Of a stretch of DNA of 64,000 nt, positions 56,621-64,000 are shown piece after piece. The number at the start of each line of letters is the position of its first letter. The stretch's first letter is position 1. Position numbers and translations under genes: made by a program. The notes under the pieces are model-generated. The model was not told the origin of the DNA and made no database searches. It worked only from the letters and a program-made list of their open reading frames with translations. Source of the stretch: Ilumatobacteraceae bacterium (GTDB lineage Bacteria; Actinomycetota; Acidimicrobiia; Acidimicrobiales; Ilumatobacteraceae); NCBI GenBank assembly GCA_963848145.1, contig CAWKCN010000013.1:18268-82267 (forward strand), read 5' to 3'.

Positions 56621-57304
56621 TCAGGCACCGCGGAAGTTGCGGATGTTGACCAGCAGGACCACGGCGATCGAGATGCCGACCGCCCACCACTGATAGCGCT
56701 GCAGCCACTCGAGGAAGTCGACCAGCTGCGCTTCGAAGGTGCGCGCGAGCCACCACATCAGCGCCAGTCGGGCGGCGATGCCGACCGACAGCAGCACCGC
56801 CAGCCGAGCGGGTGGCGTTCGGTGCACGCCGCTCAGTGCGGCCACGATGTTCGATCCGGCGAAGAAGGGGATCAGCACCCACTCGGCCCTGGCGAACCCG
56901 CGGTTGAACGTGTCGATCGTTTCGGGTGTGACGCCCAGGTACTTGCGGAACCAGCCGATTGCATCGTCGTGATAGGCCCGCCCGATCATGTGACACACGA
57001 CGAACGCGGCACCGATGCGAACGAACGCGATCAGCACGTAGGTGGCGACCGGCACACCGGCTGCCAGCGTCAGCGCCAGGTACCGGTTGCGTGACGAGAG
57101 CATGAGCAACCCCTCGGGGTTGATGTCGACCCAGCGAGCCCAAACCGCGCTCGCGATGTTCGTGGCGATCACCAGCAGGACGAACGCGACCAACGTCAGC
57201 GGGGCCCATGCCGGGCGAACGTGCGCTGGCTCGGTCGCGTCGACGGCCGCGCTCTCGGTCATGCGTCGCAACGGTACCGCCCCCGTGCGATCGACCGTCG
57301 CCAC
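56621..57304 (-). CDS. Hypothetical integral membrane protein (possibly DedA/VTT-like)
   Basis: 227 aa with about 5 hydrophobic segments. The start may be the internal Met (MTESAAV). The family assignment is tentative. Confidence 0.5.
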   Translation of the reverse strand: MATVDRTGAVPLRRMTESAAVDATEPAHVRPAWAPLTLVAFVLLVIATNIASAVWARWVDINPEGLLMLSSRNRYLALTLAAGVPVATYVLIAFVRIGAAFVVCHMIGRAYHDDAIGWFRKYLGVTPETIDTFNRGFARAEWVLIPFFAGSNIVAALSGVHRTPPARLAVLLSVGIAARLALMWWLARTFEAQLVDFLEWLQRYQWWAVGISIAVVLLVNIRNFRGA

Positions 57305-57325
57305 CGTGCGCTACGTTCGCGCTCC

Positions 57326-58954
57326 ATGCAGGGCCTGATGCAAGACGTTCCACTCGCAATACCGCACATCTTCGAGCGCGCCGAGAAGTACCACCCGCAC
57401 AAGACGATCGTCACGGGAACCGGGTCGGGCCTCGAGCGGATCAGCTATGGCGACTGGGCGGCGCGCACCCGCAAGCTCGGTGGCGTGCTCGACGACCTGG
57501 GCATCTCGGCCGACGGTCGCGTGGGCACGTTTGCCTGGAACACTGCCCGACACCTCGAGCTGTACTTTGCTGCGCCCTGCACCGGGCGGGTGCTGCACAC
57601 GCTCAACATCCGTCTGTTCCCCGAGCAGCTCACCTACATCGTCAACCATGCCGACGACGAGGTGATCTTCGTCGACCGCTCGCTGCTCGGCCTGCTGGCC
57701 CCGTTGCTGCCGACGTTCGAGCGCCTCGAGCACCTTGTGATGATGGATGACGGCAAGGGCGACATCCCCGCCGACCTCAGCGGACACGAGCTGCTCGACT
57801 ACGAAGAACTCCTCGCCGCTGCCGACCCGGTCGAGTTCGCGGTCGACGACGAGCACCGCGCCGCAAGCATGTGTTACACGAGCGGCACGACCGGCAACCC
57901 CAAGGGTGTCGTGTACACCCACCGCTCGACGTTTCTGCACACGATGGGCGCCATGACCGCCGACAGCCTGGGCGCACGCGAGAGCGACGTCATCCTCCCG
58001 GTCGTCCCGATGTTTCACGCCAATGCCTGGGGGCTTGCCCACGCCGCAGTCGCCACCGGGGCCAACCTGGTCATGCCCGGCCCCGACCTCTCCGGCCCAG
58101 CGATCGCGAACCTGATCGTCGAGGAGAAGGTCACCGTTGCCGCCGGGGTGCCCACGATCTGGATGGCGGTGCTGCCCGAACTGAAGGACCGCGACACCTC
58201 GTCGCTGCGCAGCATCCCGTGTGGCGGCTCGGCGGTGCCGAAGTCGCTGTCGGAGGCATATCGCGAACAGACGGGCCTGCCGATCTTCCAGGCGTGGGGG
58301 ATGACCGAGACCAGCCCGATCGCGGCGGTCTGCCGGCTCGATGCCGACCAGGAGCGGCTGCCGCAGGAGGAACAGGCCGATCTGCGTACACAGGTGGGTC
58401 GCATCGTGTTCGGAGCCGAGTGTCGCGTCGTCGAGCCGGGTACGACCGCTGGGGTCCCGTGGGATGGTGAGAGCAGCGGGGAACTGCAGTGCCGCGGCAA
58501 CTGGATCGCGTCGGACTACTACGACGACGAGCGCTCGGGCGAGAGCTTCACCGACGACGGTTGGCTCAAGACCGGTGACGTCGCGACGGTCGACGAGCGC
58601 GGCTTCGTCCGGCTGGTCGACCGCACGAAGGATCTGATCAAGTCGGGCGGCGAATGGATCAGCTCGGTCGAACTCGAGAACGAGCTGATGGCGCATCCCA
58701 AGGTCGCCGAGGCCGCCGTCATCGGTGTCGCCCACGAGAGGTGGGGCGAGGCCCCGCTGGCTTGCGTGGTCAAAGCGCCGGGCGCTGATGATCTCACCGA
58801 GGACGAGGTGCTCGCCTTCCTCGAGGGCAAGGTCGCCAAGTGGCAGATGCCCAAGGGCGTGGTGTGGATCGACGAGGTTCCCAAGACCAGCGTCGGCAAG
58901 TTCTCCAAGAAGACCCTGCGTGACGAGTACTCATCGACCCTGATGGGCGGTTGA
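57326..58954 (+). CDS. Fatty-acid--CoA ligase (AMP-binding)
   Basis: The ATG at 57326 gives MQGLMQDVPLAIPHIFERAEKYHPHKTIV... AMP motif MCYTSGTTGNPKGVVY. The C-terminus is ...VPKTSVGKFSKKTLR. 542 aa. Confidence 0.9.
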   Translation: MQGLMQDVPLAIPHIFERAEKYHPHKTIVTGTGSGLERISYGDWAARTRKLGGVLDDLGISADGRVGTFAWNTARHLELYFAAPCTGRVLHTLNIRLFPEQLTYIVNHADDEVIFVDRSLLGLLAPLLPTFERLEHLVMMDDGKGDIPADLSGHELLDYEELLAAADPVEFAVDDEHRAASMCYTSGTTGNPKGVVYTHRSTFLHTMGAMTADSLGARESDVILPVVPMFHANAWGLAHAAVATGANLVMPGPDLSGPAIANLIVEEKVTVAAGVPTIWMAVLPELKDRDTSSLRSIPCGGSAVPKSLSEAYREQTGLPIFQAWGMTETSPIAAVCRLDADQERLPQEEQADLRTQVGRIVFGAECRVVEPGTTAGVPWDGESSGELQCRGNWIASDYYDDERSGESFTDDGWLKTGDVATVDERGFVRLVDRTKDLIKSGGEWISSVELENELMAHPKVAEAAVIGVAHERWGEAPLACVVKAPGADDLTEDEVLAFLEGKVAKWQMPKGVVWIDEVPKTSVGKFSKKTLRDEYSSTLMGG

Positions 58955-58963
58955 CCGCCGAAG

Positions 58964-58996
58964 CCTGTTCCGCGAGGCCCGGGCTCGGGGAACAGG
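58964..58996. terminator. Hairpin between convergent fadD-like and ABC ATPase genes: CCTGTTCCGCGAG-GCCCGGG-CTCGGGGAACAGG
   Basis: A 13-bp stem with one mismatch, centred in the 48-nt gap between the stops at 58954 and 59003. No T-tract. Confidence 0.45.
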
Positions 58997-59002
58997 GTTG
59001 GG

Positions 59003-59776
59003 TCAGAGTCGACCGGCGTCGATGACGCGCTGGAGGAATGCCTGAGTGCGCGGCTCGGTGGGCGATTCGAAGATCTGCGACGGCGGACCCTCCTCGAGGA
59101 TGCGGCCCTGGTGCAGGAAGCACACCCGATCGCTGATCTCACGGGCGAAGGCCATCTCGTGGGTGGCGAACAGCATGGTCATGCCGTCGGCCTTGAGTCC
59201 ACGGACGACGTCGAGCACTTCGCCGACGAGTTCGGGGTCGAGCGCCGAGGTGATCTCGTCGAGGAGCATCACCTCGGGATTCATCGCCAGCGATCGTGCG
59301 ATCGCCACCCGCTGCTGTTGGCCGCCGGAGAGTTGGTCGGGGTAGGCATCGGCCCGCTCGGCGAGGCCGAGTCGGGTCAGCATTGCCAGCCCCTCGGCCC
59401 GTGCCTCGGACTTGTCGGTCTTGAGCACCTTGCGCGGCCCGATCGCGACGTTGTCGATCACGCTCATGTGCGGGAACAGGTTGAAGCTCTGGAACACCAT
59501 GCCGATGCGCCGCCGGATCGGGTCGGGGTCGAGTCCGGGTTCGGCGATGTCGACACCGTCGAGGATGATCTGACCGTCGTCGGTGGGTTCGAGCAGGTTC
59601 ACACAACGCAACAGCGTCGACTTGCCCGAGCCTGACGCTCCGATCAGCGTGATGACGTCACCTTCGGTGACGTCGAGGTCGATGCCGTCGAGCACCACCG
59701 TCGAGTCGAACGACTTGCGCACGGCGCGCATCGAGATCTTCGGTGTCGCCCCCGGGACGGCGGTCGGTTCGGTCAT
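59003..59776 (-). CDS. Polar amino acid ABC transporter ATP-binding protein
   Basis: Walker [10 protein letters not shown], signature [13 protein letters not shown], Walker [11 protein letters not shown]. The ATG overlaps the permease stop (ATGA). Confidence 0.9.
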   Translation of the reverse strand: MTEPTAVPGATPKISMRAVRKSFDSTVVLDGIDLDVTEGDVITLIGASGSGKSTLLRCVNLLEPTDDGQIILDGVDIAEPGLDPDPIRRRIGMVFQSFNLFPHMSVIDNVAIGPRKVLKTDKSEARAEGLAMLTRLGLAERADAYPDQLSGGQQQRVAIARSLAMNPEVMLLDEITSALDPELVGEVLDVVRGLKADGMTMLFATHEMAFAREISDRVCFLHQGRILEEGPPSQIFESPTEPRTQAFLQRVIDAGRL

Positions 59777-60609
59777 GCGATCGTGGTCGCTCCGGTGCGG
59801 GCTCGTTGACGAGCGAGTGCCCAATCGGCGAGGCGTGTGCAGGGAATCGTGAGGGCCAGGAAGATCAAGGACGCGGCCACATAGGGGGTGAAGTTGGCGT
59901 AGGTCGCCTTGTCGATGCCCGCTTGGCGAAGGATCTCGACCGGTCCGATCAGGCTCACGAGAGCGACGTCCTTCTGCAGGCTGACGAAGGTGTTCATCAG
60001 CGGCGGCACGATCTTGCGGAACGCTTGGGGGAGCACGATGCTGCGCATGGTCTGGCTGCTGGTCATCCCCAGCGATCGGGCACCAGCGCGTTGGCTCTCG
60101 TGGACGGCGTCGATGCCGGCGCGGATGATCTCCGCGGTGTAGGCCGAGTACGACAACACCAGTGTGACGCTGCCCCAGATCAGGGGATTGGCCCACTCCC
60201 GGGACAGGCCGAGTGCCGGAACACCGAAACCGATCAGGAACACGAGCAGGATCACCGGGATGCCGCGCAACACGTCGGTGTAGATCACGGCGAACGCCCG
60301 GAGCGGAAACAGCGCGGGACTTCGGGTGTTGCGGGCCAGGGCGACGAGCAGCGAGACGATCAGGATGAACGGCGTCGACCACAGCAGGATCTGCACGTCG
60401 AGCCAGAACGCTTCGAGCAGACCGGGGAACGTGTCGATGAACACGTCGCCGTCGAAGAACGCCTGGCGAACCCGTTCCCAGCCGGGGGTGAGCGGAATCA
60501 GGATGACGAGTGCGGCGACGACCACGATCGTGGAGACCGTGGCGATGACGACCGACCGCCGGCGACGAGCGCGCTCGTAGCGCTCGCGCCGGGACGGTCG
60601 GTCTGACAT
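59773..60609 (-). CDS. Amino acid ABC transporter permease (His/Glu/Gln/Arg/opine family)
   Basis: 278 aa, polytopic, with an EAA loop (…[34 protein letters not shown]…). Confidence 0.85.
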   Translation of the reverse strand: MSDRPSRRERYERARRRRSVVIATVSTIVVVAALVILIPLTPGWERVRQAFFDGDVFIDTFPGLLEAFWLDVQILLWSTPFILIVSLLVALARNTRSPALFPLRAFAVIYTDVLRGIPVILLVFLIGFGVPALGLSREWANPLIWGSVTLVLSYSAYTAEIIRAGIDAVHESQRAGARSLGMTSSQTMRSIVLPQAFRKIVPPLMNTFVSLQKDVALVSLIGPVEILRQAGIDKATYANFTPYVAASLIFLALTIPCTRLADWALARQRARTGATTIA

Positions 60610-60646
60610 CAGTACAAGTGGTGGTGGATCGGAGTCGGCGCCGGGG

Positions 60647-61582
60647 TCACTCGACGGTGATCACCGGGGCGCCGGTGAAGTCCGCCAGCCACTCCTGGGT
60701 GATCGCATCGAGTTCACCGTTGTCGGTGAGCGTGGTGATCGCGGCATCGACGCAGGCAGTGAGCGGGCTGTCCTTCTCGAGCACGAAGCCGAACTGGTCG
60801 GTCGTGCCGCCGGCGTCGGCGGGGAACTGGCCGACGACTGCGCTGTTCTCGATCTCGACGCCGGACACGAACAGTGCCGTCGGCAGGTCGAACACAGCGG
60901 CGTCGATCTGGTTGGCCTCCAGAGCAGCCTTCGCTCCGACGTTGTCGTCGTAGACGAACGGCTCCTGTGTGGGCTGGATCACGTCGGTGATGAAGGCCAG
61001 GCTCGTGGTGCCGACCTGGGCGCCGAACTTGACGTCCTGGAGGTCGGCGACGGTGGTGGCGCCCTCGGCTGACGAGCCGTTGAGTGCCACGATCGCCTGG
61101 TTGGCGGTGAAGTACGGCAACGAGAAGTCGATGTTCTCGGCGCGCTCCGGCGTGATCGAGTACTGCTGGAGGTTCACGTCGAAGCTCTTCGCTCCGGGCT
61201 GGATCGCCTCGTCGAACGTGGTGCGGGTCCACACGACGGCATCACCCTCGTAGCCCATTTCGGCAGCGACTGCGTACGCGACGGCAGCTTCGAATCCCTC
61301 GCCCGACTCCGGGGTGTCGTCGAGTACCCACGGGAAGAAGGCGGGTTCGCCGGTCGCGACGGTGAGGACGCCGTCGTCGATCGTGGCACCGCAATCGGCG
61401 TCGCCGGAGGCGTCGGTGCCAGCGGTCGTGTCAGCAGGCGCAGTGGTGTCGTCTGCTGAGTCGCCGGAATCGTCGTCGCTGCCGCAGGCGGCAAGGACGA
61501 GGGCACCGACGGCGATGGCAGGAATGATTTGGCGCAGGGCGGGGGAGCGTCGCATGAGGTTCTCCTTCAGGTTGTTGTTCAC
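60647..61582 (-). CDS. Amino acid ABC transporter substrate-binding lipoprotein (SBP family 3)
   Basis: Lipobox LAACGS, an Asp/Thr-rich linker, then SBP_bac_3-like sequence (…LTVATGEPAFFPWV…DVNLQQYSITPERAENIDFSLPYF…). The start may be the internal Met (MRRSPAL). Confidence 0.8.
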   Translation of the reverse strand: MNNNLKENLMRRSPALRQIIPAIAVGALVLAACGSDDDSGDSADDTTAPADTTAGTDASGDADCGATIDDGVLTVATGEPAFFPWVLDDTPESGEGFEAAVAYAVAAEMGYEGDAVVWTRTTFDEAIQPGAKSFDVNLQQYSITPERAENIDFSLPYFTANQAIVALNGSSAEGATTVADLQDVKFGAQVGTTSLAFITDVIQPTQEPFVYDDNVGAKAALEANQIDAAVFDLPTALFVSGVEIENSAVVGQFPADAGGTTDQFGFVLEKDSPLTACVDAAITTLTDNGELDAITQEWLADFTGAPVITVE

Positions 61583-61626
61583 GCACGGGAGAAACTACTG
61601 GCTGGCTTGACTGCGCACGCCCTTCG

Positions 61627-62757
61627 GTGCGGGCATACGTTCCGGATGTGTCCCGACGACCGACGACCGATCTCGCCCGTGTGGCGCTCGTCGTGCTCGT
61701 CGGAGGGCTGCTCGCAGGTGCGGTGTGGTTCCAGCGCAACACGATCGGCGACGCCCTCGGCGAGATGCGGGCGCTGTCCATCGGGGTCGTCGTTGCGCTC
61801 GTGGCGCTGGGCGTGCTCGAGCGGATCAGTCGGGCGGGCATCGTGCAACGCCTGCTGGGCACCACCTCGTTCGGCCGGTCGTTGACCATTCACGATGTCG
61901 GGACCGCTGCCAGCAAGGGGGTGCCCCTCGGTGGACCGTTGGCGACCGGTCTGCGCTGGTCGATCGCTCGCGATGCCTCGGTGCCGACCACGACCTTCGC
62001 CTCGATGCTCGTCGCCTACGGCGTGGCGACCACGTTCGTGACCTGGTTGTTGCCGTTCGGCGTCCTTCTCCTCGACATCACCCAGCGTCCGCCGACGCGC
62101 ACCGACCTCGTCATGCTCGGCGTCTGTGCTGTGGTCGTCGGCGGCTCGGCGCTGTTCTGGGCGGTGGTGTTGCGTTCGGAGCGGATCACCACCTGGTTGG
62201 CGGCGTTGCTGCGAAACCTGGCCGACCGTGCGGGGCTGCGGTGGCCGTCGCTCGGTCGACACCTCGACGGCCACGACGTCGGTGCTGGTCTGCTCGACGT
62301 CCGGGCTTCTCTGCGAGCGGTGGCAGGTCGCCCGGCCGGGCTGCTCGCAGCCACCGCACTGGCCCAGTCGGTCGGCGCCGTGATCCTGCTCGTGGCCCTG
62401 CGCGGCCTCGGCGTCGGTGACGAGCTCGGGTTCATCGAGTTCGCCCGCGTCTACTTCGTGGTCACGCTGCTCAGCTCGTTCGTCCCGGTCCCTGGCGGTG
62501 TCGGCGTGGTCGAGGCCGGCCTCACCGGTGCGCTGGTCGCAGCCGGGGTCGATGCGCCAACGGCTCTGGCCGGCGTCCTCGTGTACCGACTGCTCACCTA
62601 CGTTGCGCCGATCGTCCTCGGTGCGGTGCTGTACGTCGTGTGGCGTCTCGACGTGACACGACGACGATCCACCCCGGTCACGGAGATGACCGGCGACCGG
62701 TTCTCCGACCCGGCAGCCGCTGGAATCGAACTGCGCGAACCGGCGATCATCGAATAG
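61627..62757 (+). CDS. Lysylphosphatidylglycerol-synthase-TM-region / UPF0104 (flippase-like) family membrane protein
   Basis: 376 aa, about 8 TM helices, with the typical ...PGGVGVVEAGL... segment of this family. The assignment is from pattern memory only. Confidence 0.55.
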   Translation: MRAYVPDVSRRPTTDLARVALVVLVGGLLAGAVWFQRNTIGDALGEMRALSIGVVVALVALGVLERISRAGIVQRLLGTTSFGRSLTIHDVGTAASKGVPLGGPLATGLRWSIARDASVPTTTFASMLVAYGVATTFVTWLLPFGVLLLDITQRPPTRTDLVMLGVCAVVVGGSALFWAVVLRSERITTWLAALLRNLADRAGLRWPSLGRHLDGHDVGAGLLDVRASLRAVAGRPAGLLAATALAQSVGAVILLVALRGLGVGDELGFIEFARVYFVVTLLSSFVPVPGGVGVVEAGLTGALVAAGVDAPTALAGVLVYRLLTYVAPIVLGAVLYVVWRLDVTRRRSTPVTEMTGDRFSDPAAAGIELREPAIIE

Positions 62758-62811
62758 GTTGCGGGCCGTGAACGTTGCACGACCCGCCAGCCATCCCCGC
62801 ACTCAGTACCG

Positions 62812-63714
62812 GTGGTGGCGCTGATGGCGCGCTTCGGCCGGGTGCTCACCGCGATGGTCACCCCGTTCGACGCCAAGGGTGAACTCGACGTCGACGCCGC
62901 GGTGTCGCTCGCCAAGTGGCTGGTCGAGCAGGGCAACGAGGGTCTGGTGGTGTCCGGCACCACCGGTGAATCGCCGGTGCTGTCGATCGACGAGAAGCTG
63001 TCGCTGTTCGAGGCGGTCGTCAACGCCGTCACGGTGCCGGTGATCGCCGGCACCACCGGGTCGAACACCCTCCACGACATCGGTCTCACCGAAGAGGCCG
63101 GTCACCTCGGCGTCGCCGGAATCCTCGGTGTCTGCCCGTACTACAGCCGACCATCACAGGCCGGCCTCGAGATGCACTTCCGGGCCATCGCGGCATCCAC
63201 CGACCTGCCCCTGGTGCTGTACGACATCCCCAAGCGAACCGGCCGCAAGATCGACAGCACCACGCTCGTTCGCCTCGCCAACGACGTGTCGAACATCGTG
63301 GCGCTCAAGGATGCCGCCGGCAATGCCGGCGCCACGGCAGCAGTCGCCGCGAACTGTCCCGGCGACTTCGAGGTGTATTCCGGCGACGACATGATGACGC
63401 TGCCGTTGCTGGCCGTCGGTGCCGTCGGCGCGATCGGCGTGGCCACGCACTGGTGTGCGCCCGATCACGTCGAGATGTTCGACGCATGGGAACGCAACGA
63501 TGTCGCTGCAGCCCGGCGGATCAACGCCCGGCAGTTGGAGAGCTACGAGTTCGAGACCAGCGACGAGACCCCCAACCCGGTACCGTCGAAGGCCATGTTG
63601 CGAACGCTCGGTCATGCCGTCGGGGAGTGCAGGTCCCCGATGGGGCCGACGCCCTCCGGTCTCGAACACGCCGCCCGTGGCGTCTACGAACGTCTGGTGA
63701 CCGCCCGTGGCTGA
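62812..63714 (+). CDS. dapA: 4-hydroxy-tetrahydrodipicolinate synthase
   Basis: The sequence ...VLTAMVTPFDAKGELD...GLVVSGTTGESPVLS...YDIPKRTG...ALKDAAGN includes the active-site Lys context (ALKDA). The start may be the Met at 62824. Confidence 0.9.
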   Translation: MVALMARFGRVLTAMVTPFDAKGELDVDAAVSLAKWLVEQGNEGLVVSGTTGESPVLSIDEKLSLFEAVVNAVTVPVIAGTTGSNTLHDIGLTEEAGHLGVAGILGVCPYYSRPSQAGLEMHFRAIAASTDLPLVLYDIPKRTGRKIDSTTLVRLANDVSNIVALKDAAGNAGATAAVAANCPGDFEVYSGDDMMTLPLLAVGAVGAIGVATHWCAPDHVEMFDAWERNDVAAARRINARQLESYEFETSDETPNPVPSKAMLRTLGHAVGECRSPMGPTPSGLEHAARGVYERLVTARG

Positions 63715-64000
63715 CCGTCGCAAGCCGGGAACGACCGACCCGAACGTTCCGCTTCGGATCGTCTTCCTGGGTGGTCTCGGCGAAATCGGTCGCAACTGCA
63801 TGGCGATCGAGCAGGGCGCCGCCGACGATCCCGATCGTACGATCATCCTGATCGACTGCGGGTTGATGTTCCCCGAGGCGAACATGCACGGCGTCGACCT
63901 GATCCTGCCCGACTTCACGTATCTGCGTGAGAACGCCCAGCGGATCTCGGCGATCGTGCTCACGCACGGCCACGAAGACCATGTCGGCGCCATCCAGTAC
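63707..64000 (+). CDS. rnj: Ribonuclease J (5' fragment, truncated by the window end)
   Basis: GTG 63707 overlaps the dapA stop (GTGGCTGA). The sequence is VADRRKPG...LRIVFLGGLGEIGRNCMAIE...LIDCGLMFPE...VLTHGHEDHVGAIQY (metallo-beta-lactamase HxHxDH). dapA-rnj adjacency is conserved in actinobacteria. Confidence 0.85.
   Translation, partial: MADRRKPGTTDPNVPLRIVFLGGLGEIGRNCMAIEQGAADDPDRTIILIDCGLMFPEANMHGVDLILPDFTYLRENAQRISAIVLTHGHEDHVGAIQY

Overview
This is a 64 kb window of high-GC (about 68-70%) chromosomal DNA, densely coding on both strands. Gene order and protein families point to Actinomycetota; a finer guess, such as an Acidimicrobiia-like lineage, is inference only.

The backbone is the conserved actinobacterial translation and RNA-processing neighbourhood:
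- proS, divergent from rimP-nusA-ylxR-infB
- a DsbA/Rv2466c-like gene, then rbfA-truB-ribF
- rpsO-pnp, dapB, tpx, and dapA-rnj (rnj is cut by the window end)

Interspersed genes:
- A large lipid/acyl-CoA catabolic set: three AMP-forming acyl-CoA ligases, acyl-CoA dehydrogenase-fold enzymes, five SDRs, an enoyl-CoA hydratase, a MaoC double hot-dog hydratase, a P450, a nitroreductase and two LLM oxidoreductases.
- A GH65 phosphorylase, and a GH29 fucosidase fused to a beta-helix domain.
- An OafA-like acyltransferase-SGNH protein and an orphan LarE-like PP-loop enzyme.
- A MoxR-DUF58-vWA operon, two ABC importers, and TauE and YeiH exporters.

I saw no rRNA, tRNA, CRISPR array, transposase, integrase or recognisable defence system, and I cannot point to a convincing novel multi-gene system.

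The observations most worth a second look are non-coding or anomalous:
1. Two distinct families of near-perfect GC-rich palindromes, three copies each. Every copy lies within 20 nt of a stop codon and none has a T-tract.
2. A canonical terminator hairpin inside the rimP-nusA-infB leader, a possible attenuator.
3. A 130-bp nested inverted-repeat element between the MaoC gene and proS.
4. An 11-bp tandem repeat array upstream of an LLM oxidoreductase gene.
5. Four reading-frame anomalies in otherwise conserved genes: pnp split by a 1-nt insertion, a lipoprotein esterase broken twice at C/G runs, and ylxR without a canonical start codon. These may be assembly indels rather than biology.

Many long Arg/Pro-rich ORFs in the six-frame track are high-GC shadow frames and were rejected.
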